Source of the DNA: an uncultured Acidobacteriota bacterium
GTDB lineage: Bacteria; Acidobacteriota; Vicinamibacteria; Vicinamibacterales; CAVVIG01
Length of the DNA stretch: 64,000 nucleotides
Reading direction: 5' to 3'
NCBI GenBank assembly: GCA_963780685.1
Contig: CAWACZ010000006.1
Coordinates: 38,683-102,682 of the forward strand
Under the pieces are notes generated by a model that was given only the letters and a program-made list of their open reading frames with translations, made no database searches and was not told where the DNA came from. The translations under genes and the position numbers were made by a program. Below are positions 57,770 through 64,000 of the stretch, piece by piece. Numbering within the stretch: the first letter of the stretch is position 1; each line of letters starts with the position of its first letter.

Positions 57770-60403
57770 ATGCTGAAACCCGGTGACCTGCTCGGGCCCT
57801 ATGAAATCGTGGCTCCGCTTGGAGCGGGCGGAATGGGCGAAGTGTATCGTGCGCGCGACACTCGCCTGAATCGCACGGTCGCCATCAAAGTTCTCCCCGA
57901 ACAGCTCGCCGGCGACCGGCAGTTCCGCGAGCGATTCGACCGCGAGGCCCAGGCGATCTCCGCGCTCGACCATCCGCATATCTGCGCCCTGTACGACGTC
58001 GGCGAACAGAGCGGCACGGCCTTCCTGGTCATGCAGTACCTCGAAGGCGACACGCTCGCCGACCGATTGAAGAAGGGGCCCTTGCCGTTCGAGCAGGGCA
58101 TCGAATACGCGATCCAGATTGCCGGCGCCTTGGACAAGGCCCACCGGGCGGGCATCGTTCACCGCGATTTGAAGCCTGGCAACATCATGTTGACGAAGTC
58201 CGGGGCCAAGCTGCTCGACTTCGGCCTGGCGAAGACTTCGGCTGGAACGGCCGCCTCTGGCCTATCCATGCTGCCGACGACGCCGCCTGGATTGACCGCG
58301 CAAGGGACGATTCTCGGAACCTTCCAATACATGGCGCCCGAACAGCTCGAAGGCCGGGAGGCGGATGCACGAACGGACATTTTTGCGTTCGGCGCAGTCG
58401 TCTACGAAACGCTGACCGGCAGGAAGGCGTTCGAAGGAAAGAGCCAGGCGAGCCTCATCTCCGCCATCATGTCATCGCAGCCGAAGGCATTGTCGTCCTT
58501 TCAAACGCTTGCGCCCCCCGCGCTGGATCAACTGCTCGCCCGTTGCCTCGCCAAAGATGCGGACGACCGATGGCAATCTGCGCGCGACGTAAAATCGCAG
58601 CTCGAGTGGGTTACCGGGCCTGGATCAAAGGGCGTCGAGCCAATCGCGGCCGCGAAAGCCTCGCGCCATCGAATCGCCTGGATCGTCGCTGCTTCGGCAC
58701 TCGCCGGCCTGCTGGTGCTTGGGGGTGCGTTCGCCCTGCGACGCGCGCCAGACACGCCGGCGAAGGCCGTTCAATTCGTCGTCCTTCCTCCTGACAACGC
58801 GAGTTTCGTGGACGACGCCGGTCTTCAGGCCGTCTCGCCGGACGGCAAACAGATCGTGTTTGTAGCCGCGGCCGGTGGCGCTCCGACGCTGTGGATCCGA
58901 TCGCTCGATTCGCTCGTGTCCCGTCCTCTCGCCGGTACCGAGGCGGCAGCTCTCCCATTCTGGTCGCCAGACAATCGTTCGTTAGGCTTCTTCGCGCGCG
59001 GCAAGCTGAAAACAATCGATGTGTCCGGCGGGTCGCCGCAAACCCTCGCTGATGCACCGTTCGCCCTCGGCGGAACGTGGGGACGCGATGGCGTGATCGT
59101 GTTCTCGCCGAACCTGGCGAGCCCTCTTTCGCAGGTTCCTGCCGCAGGCGGCAACGTCAAGCCAGCCAGTAAACTGAATCAACAAGCAGGCCAGTCGCTG
59201 CACATGGGTCCATCGTTCCTGCCGGACAGCCGGCGGTTTCTGTTCTGGACGGGACCAGGGGAACCCGGTGTGTACGTCGGCTCGCTTGATTCCGATGAGA
59301 TGAACCTGGTCCTCCGTGCCGATTCTGCGGCAACCTACTCGCCGCCGGGCTACCTGCTCTTCATGCGTGAATCGACGGTCATGGCCCAGCCCTTCGATGC
59401 GTCACGAGTGTCGACGACAGGCGAACCGCAGCGTATCGCCGAGCAAGTCGCCCGCTTCATCAGCCAGCCAGGCTTTTCAGTCTCTCAGAATGGCGTTCTC
59501 GCGTTTCGTCCAGCCAGCGCAGGCCAGACCGAGCTCGTCTGGGTCGACCGTACGGGCAAGCGACTCGCCGCGGTTGCGCCGCCCGGCGAGTACAACAATT
59601 TTGCGTTGTCGCCCGACGAAAACCATGTCGCGTTCGATCGGGATATCGCCACGTCAGCTCCCGACGTATGGGTGATGGACTTGCGTCGCCAGGTGACCGA
59701 GAGATTCACCTTCGCTCCATCCGTGGATAACGTTCCACTGTGGTCGGCGGACGGTCGGAACGTGGTGTTTGCTTCCACTCGTGGCGTCGGGCTCGACATT
59801 TATCAGCGATCGTCCAATGCAAGCGGGCCCGAAGAGCTACTTCTCAAGCTCGATGCGCCACCCATCCTGATGCCCTCAGACTCGTCGTCCGACGGTCGGT
59901 ATCTGACGTACTACAGCACCGATCTCAAAACGAGGAATGATATCTGGGCCCTTCCACTCTCGGGTGATCGAAAGCCGTTTCCCGTTGTACGCGGTGAGTT
60001 CAACGAGACCGAGAGCCAGTTCTCGCCGGACACGAAGTGGATCGCCTATGTCTCGGACGAGTCAGGCTCTCCGCAGGTCTACGTGCAGTCGTTTCCGACG
60101 GTCACCGGTAGATGGCAGATTTCAACGGAGGGAGGCTCTCAGCCGAGATGGCGTCGGGATGGAAAGGAGCTCTTCTATCTCTCGCCGTCTGGCATGCTGA
60201 TGGCGGTCAGCGTCAAGAGCGGCGCAACCGTCGAGGCCGATGCTCCTCGGCCGCTGTTCGAGACGAAGCTCGATAGAACGGTGCTGCGGCAGTCTTATGC
60301 AGTTTCGGCCAATGGAATGCGATTCCTGTTGAACCTTCCGATCGAGCGCGCGACGCCACCGTTGACCGTTTTGCTCAACTGGCCGGCGCTGCTGAAGAAA
60401 TAG
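57770..60403 (+). CDS. Ser/Thr protein kinase, TM segment, TolB-like beta-propeller (intact, 877 aa)
   Basis: GAGGMGEVYRARD...AIKVL, HRDLKPGNIML, DFGLAK, APE. One TM segment (IAWIVAASALAGLLVLGGAFAL). Repeated SPDG/SADG propeller blades. Confidence 0.9.
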   Translation: MLKPGDLLGPYEIVAPLGAGGMGEVYRARDTRLNRTVAIKVLPEQLAGDRQFRERFDREAQAISALDHPHICALYDVGEQSGTAFLVMQYLEGDTLADRLKKGPLPFEQGIEYAIQIAGALDKAHRAGIVHRDLKPGNIMLTKSGAKLLDFGLAKTSAGTAASGLSMLPTTPPGLTAQGTILGTFQYMAPEQLEGREADARTDIFAFGAVVYETLTGRKAFEGKSQASLISAIMSSQPKALSSFQTLAPPALDQLLARCLAKDADDRWQSARDVKSQLEWVTGPGSKGVEPIAAAKASRHRIAWIVAASALAGLLVLGGAFALRRAPDTPAKAVQFVVLPPDNASFVDDAGLQAVSPDGKQIVFVAAAGGAPTLWIRSLDSLVSRPLAGTEAAALPFWSPDNRSLGFFARGKLKTIDVSGGSPQTLADAPFALGGTWGRDGVIVFSPNLASPLSQVPAAGGNVKPASKLNQQAGQSLHMGPSFLPDSRRFLFWTGPGEPGVYVGSLDSDEMNLVLRADSAATYSPPGYLLFMRESTVMAQPFDASRVSTTGEPQRIAEQVARFISQPGFSVSQNGVLAFRPASAGQTELVWVDRTGKRLAAVAPPGEYNNFALSPDENHVAFDRDIATSAPDVWVMDLRRQVTERFTFAPSVDNVPLWSADGRNVVFASTRGVGLDIYQRSSNASGPEELLLKLDAPPILMPSDSSSDGRYLTYYSTDLKTRNDIWALPLSGDRKPFPVVRGEFNETESQFSPDTKWIAYVSDESGSPQVYVQSFPTVTGRWQISTEGGSQPRWRRDGKELFYLSPSGMLMAVSVKSGATVEADAPRPLFETKLDRTVLRQSYAVSANGMRFLLNLPIERATPPLTVLLNWPALLKK

Positions 60404-60404
60404 C

Positions 60405-61301
60405 TCACTTCTTCACGATCTTCTTGACGGATCGGCTCGCGGGGTTGGCCACATAGAGGTGTCCTTGCGCGTCCAGGGTCACACCGTGCGGCCGCCCACC
60501 GATGCCCGTCACCCGATCGATCACCTTGCCGTCCCTCATGATCGTGATCGACTCCGAGTCGACGTGGCTCACGTAGAGCGTATCGTCGGGGGTGATGAAC
60601 ATCGAGCCGCGGGGCTTGGACGGGAAGTCGGTCCACTGCTCGAGGAACTTTCCGCTCTGATCGAACACCTGAATCCGGCTGTTCTCCGCGTCGGCCACGA
60701 TTACACGGCCGCGGGAGTCGACGACCACGGCATGCGGAACGTTGAACTGCCCGGGCTCCGATCCTTTCGTTCCCCCGATGACGCTGCGGAACGTGCCGTC
60801 GCCCGCGAAGCGAACGATACGCGAGTTGCGATAGCCATCAGCGACAAGTACATCCCCATCCGGCAGCACGAAGACGTCGGCGGGGCCGTCGAACGCCGTC
60901 TTCGAGTCGTTGCCGCCGGCGACTCCGCGCTGGCCGAGCGTCAGCTGCAGCTTCCCGTCAGGGGACCACTTCTGAACGAAGTTGTCGGCATTGTCGGTCA
61001 CCCAGAGAAACCCGTTGCGGTCGATCCGGAGCCCGTGAGCTACGCGAAAGAGGTTTTCTCCCCACGTTCGCACCACGTTGCCGTCCGGCGTCAGCACGAC
61101 GAAGAACGGCGTCGCTCGGCGAAGGACGACGATCTGGCCTTCGGGCGTGGTAGAGATCTGAGAAGCCGCCTCCCACTCCAGGCCGGCTGGCAGACGTCCC
61201 CACGACACCGCCTCCCAGTTGCTTTCGGAGGGCCCACGCGATTGCGCATCCAGTGATGTGGTCAGTACTGCGACAGCGATGAGCGGCAGAAGCCTTTTCA
61301 T
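60405..61301 (-). CDS. secreted NHL-repeat six-bladed beta-propeller protein
   Basis: Signal peptide MKRLLPLIAVAVLTTSLDAQ. Repeated NHL-like units are present (F..PHGL.ID..G.LWVTD; VADGYRNSRIVRF; VADAENSRIQVF). Its stop is 1 nt from the convergent kinase stop. Confidence 0.8.
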   Translation of the reverse strand: MKRLLPLIAVAVLTTSLDAQSRGPSESNWEAVSWGRLPAGLEWEAASQISTTPEGQIVVLRRATPFFVVLTPDGNVVRTWGENLFRVAHGLRIDRNGFLWVTDNADNFVQKWSPDGKLQLTLGQRGVAGGNDSKTAFDGPADVFVLPDGDVLVADGYRNSRIVRFAGDGTFRSVIGGTKGSEPGQFNVPHAVVVDSRGRVIVADAENSRIQVFDQSGKFLEQWTDFPSKPRGSMFITPDDTLYVSHVDSESITIMRDGKVIDRVTGIGGRPHGVTLDAQGHLYVANPASRSVKKIVKK

Positions 61302-61477
61302 GTTGGACCCGGCGGGGACCTTATCATGGACACGGCTCGTTCCGCCCTCGATTGCAGCCGAGCCGGTCCGGGCGCCCGAATCTGCACGGCCTTCGGCCCA
61401 ATCCTCGGTAGAAACCGCTTGCACGCCCTACCGGAAACAATTACGTTTGAGGCCTCACAAGCACGGGAGGGCAGTTG

Positions 61478-63869
61478 ATGACGAATAGCTGGCCGGCGTG
61501 GCTTGCCGGCTGCGTGGCGATGTCGCTGGCAACTGCGGCTTCCCTCGATGCCGGCAGGCCGCAGCCGCAGGGCGCCGTCACCTCTCCTGAATCAGCGGCA
61601 TCGGCACAAGCGACGATCAATCGGTACCTGTGTCGCGTGCCACAACGAAAGAGTCAAGACGGCAGGGTTGGCCCTGGACGTGGCAGGCATCGACCGCGTC
61701 GGCGAGCACGCCGACGTGTGGGAACAAGTCGTCCGGAAGCTTCGCGGGCGAATGATGCCTCCGGTGGGACGTCCGAGACCGGACGAAGCCTCATACGACG
61801 CCGTCGTTTCGTATCTCGAAGCCTCCCTCGATCGGGCTGCGGCCGCGGCGCCAAATCCGGGCCGGACCGAAACGTTCCGCAGGCTCAATCGAACCGAGTA
61901 CCAGAACGCGATTCGCGACCTGCTCGCCCTCGATGTCGATGTCTCGTCGCTCCTCCCGAAAGACGATGTGAGTCACGGCTTCGACAATGTCGGCACCGGC
62001 CAATTGTCGCCGACGCTGCTGGAGCGATATCTGGCCGCGGCGCAGAAGGTCAGCCGGCTCGCAGTGGGGAGCCCGCTGTCGTCGCCGGCCAGCCACATCG
62101 TCGTGCTCCCGGCGGACCTCACTCAGGAGGATCACGCAGACGGTCTCCCGTTCGGCACGCGCGGCGGGACGATGGTGCGCTACACATTCCCGCTCGACGG
62201 CGCCTACGAGATTCAGGTTCGCCTGTCGCGCGACCGCAACGAGAACGTCGAGGGACTCACCGAGCCGCATCAGGTCGAGCTCGCGCTCGACGGCACACGC
62301 GTGGAAGTGTTCACCGTGAGGCCGAACCGCAACCAGAGCGGCGCCTATTACGCGGACGAGGCAGTCGACAAGAACCTGAGAATCCGCGTGCCGGTCGGAG
62401 CCGGTCCCCACCAGCTCGCGGTCACGTTCCTGCGAAAGACGTTCGCGCTGCCGGAAACGGAGCGGCAGCCGTACCAGGCACACTTCAACATGGATCGGCA
62501 TCCACGCATTCAGCCGGCGGTGTATTCGGTGTCCATCACCGGGCCCTTCGAGCCAGGCGGGGCCGCGGACACGCCCAGCCGAAATCGGATCTTCGTGTGC
62601 CATCCCTCGGCTCCCTCGGCGGAAGCCGGCTGCGCGAAGAAGATCGTCGCAACGTTGGCGCGTCGCGCCTATCGCCGGCCCGTTTCGGATGCCGAGCTTC
62701 AGGCCCCTCTCGCTTTCTACACGGAGGCCCGCGCCGAGGGTGGGTTCGACGCCGGCATCGAGATGGCGCTCCGGGCGATTCTCGCGAGCACGGAGTTCCT
62801 GTTCCGCATCGAGCGCGATCCGCGAAATATCGCGCCAGGCACGCCCTATCGGGTCAGCGACGTGGAGCTGGCTTCGCGGCTGTCGTTCTTCCTCTGGAGC
62901 AGCGTCCCGGACGAGGAACTGCTCGACGTGGCGACTCGTGGAGCACTGAAAGAGCCGGCGGTCCTCGAACGACAGGTCCGGCGGATGCTGGCCGATTCGC
63001 GCTCTGAAGCGTTGGTCACGAACTTTGCGGGGCAGTGGCTGTACCTCAGGAATCTGGCGGCGTCGAATCCGGACGCGCGCATGTTTCCGGACTTCGACGA
63101 CAACCTGCGCCAGGCTTTCCAGCGGGAATCGGAGCTCTTCTTCGAAAGCATCGTCAAGGAAGACCACAACGTGCTCGACCTGCTGCGGGCCGACTACACG
63201 TTCGTCAACGAACGACTCGCCCGGCACTACGGGATCCCCAACGTGTACGGCAGCCGCTTCCGGCGCGTGGCGCTCGGCGACAGCGTCCGCGGCGGACTGC
63301 TCGGTCAGGGAAGCATTCTCACGGTGACGTCGTACGCGAACCGGACCTCTCCCGTGCTTCGCGGCAAGTGGGTCCTCGAGAACATCCTGGGCACGCCGCC
63401 GCCACCGCCGCCGGCGAACGTGCCGCCGCTTCCCGACAATCATGCGGGCGGCAAGGCGCTCTCGATGCGCGAGCGCATGGCGCAGCACCGGGTGAATGCC
63501 GCCTGCTCCGGTTGCCACCAACTCATGGATCCGGCAGGCCTGTCGATGGAGCATTTCGATGCGATCGGCCGCTGGCGTGCGCGTACGGAAGCAGGGACCC
63601 AAGTCGACGCATCGGGCGGTCTGCCTGACGGCTCGACGTTCGACGGTATGGCCGGGCTCCGTCGTGCGCTGCTCGGTCGTCCGGAGTTGTTCGTCTCGAC
63701 GCTCACCGAAAAGCTGCTGACGTACGCATTGGGCCGTGGGCTCGAGTCCTACGATGCCCCGGCAGTCCGTGACATTACGAGAAATGCGCGACTGAACGAC
63801 TACCGGTTCTCGTCGCTGGTGCTCGGTATCGTCACGAGCTCCCCGTTCCAGATGAGGAGGTCGCAATGA
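61478..63869 (+). pseudogene. DUF1592/DUF1588/DUF1595-type protein with N-terminal CxxCH, one +1 frame disruption
   Basis: The signal peptide and ...SAQATINRY are in ORF 61475..63007. CVACHNERVKTAGLALD and the rest are in ORF 61503..63869. The switch is at GGTACC 61623-28. A second CSGCH motif lies near the C-terminus. Confidence 0.85.
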
Positions 63870-64000
63870 TCGTCACGAAGATGGCCCTGCCGCGCCGCAC
63901 GTTCCTTCGCGGAATGGGCACCGCGCTGGCGTTGCCGTTGCTCGATGCGATGGTGCCGGCCGCGTCCGTCCTCGCGCAGACGGCTGCGAGTCCCGTGCGC
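63866..64000 (+). CDS. DUF1552 family protein with Tat signal (3'-truncated by window end)
   Basis: ATGA overlap with the upstream gene. MIVTKMALPRRTFLRGMGTALALPLLDAMVP is the usual DUF1552 N-terminus and the usual partner of DUF1592 proteins. Confidence 0.7.
   Translation, partial: MIVTKMALPRRTFLRGMGTALALPLLDAMVPAASVLAQTAASPVR

Noticed and set aside
5216-61628. Programmed +1 ribosomal frameshifting at TAC-C as the explanation for the recurrent frame switches
   Set aside because: The motif occurs as GTAC+C in some genes and as G+GTAC (TAC in the new frame) in others, so it is symmetric at the DNA level. tRNA-Tyr cannot re-pair after a +1 slip on these contexts. The affected genes are unrelated housekeeping enzymes, and many identical sites are read through normally.
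1-64000. tRNA, rRNA or tmRNA genes
   Set aside because: I noticed no cloverleaf-like T-arm (GGTTCGAATCC-type) or rRNA-like conserved stretches on either strand. An Infernal/tRNAscan run would be needed for certainty.

Overview
High-GC bacterial chromosome segment. The gene content suggests Acidobacteriota, possibly Vicinamibacteria-like: DUF1501/DUF1553 and DUF1592/DUF1552 pairs, Ser/Thr kinases fused to TolB-like propellers, and many Tat- or Sec-signal enzymes. This is an inference only. All family calls come from reading the supplied translations and recognising motifs from memory; no searches were run.

I call about 55 protein genes, mostly ordinary metabolism (peptidases, dehydrogenases, MFS transporters, an amidase, folD). 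I found no rRNA, tRNA or CRISPR.

Four things stand out:
1. Thirteen well-conserved genes need 18 single-nucleotide frame corrections. Ten of the switch points sit exactly on the palindrome GTAC, read as GTAC+C or G+GTAC, in genes of both orientations. That points to a DNA-level or read-out-level cause, not ribosomal frameshifting.
2. A tightly coupled five-gene minus-strand operon at 40.9-46.7 kb: AdoMet decarboxylase, a double DUF4178 zinc-ribbon protein, a 61-aa membrane peptide, DUF350, and a membrane spermidine-synthase-like protein fused in frame to a Tat/lipobox-preceded FAD amine-oxidoreductase. It looks polyamine-linked and its function is unknown.
3. Non-coding repeat families: a ~0.7-0.8 kb foldback element with 21-bp perfect terminal inverted repeats (two full copies and one arm), a ~100-150 bp MITE-like element nested inside one of them, and a 106-nt REP/MITE-like element found in both orientations.
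4. Arrays of tandem heptamers abut, and sometimes supply, stop codons.

Coordinates of frame-switch points and repeat ends are hand-derived and may be off by a few nucleotides.
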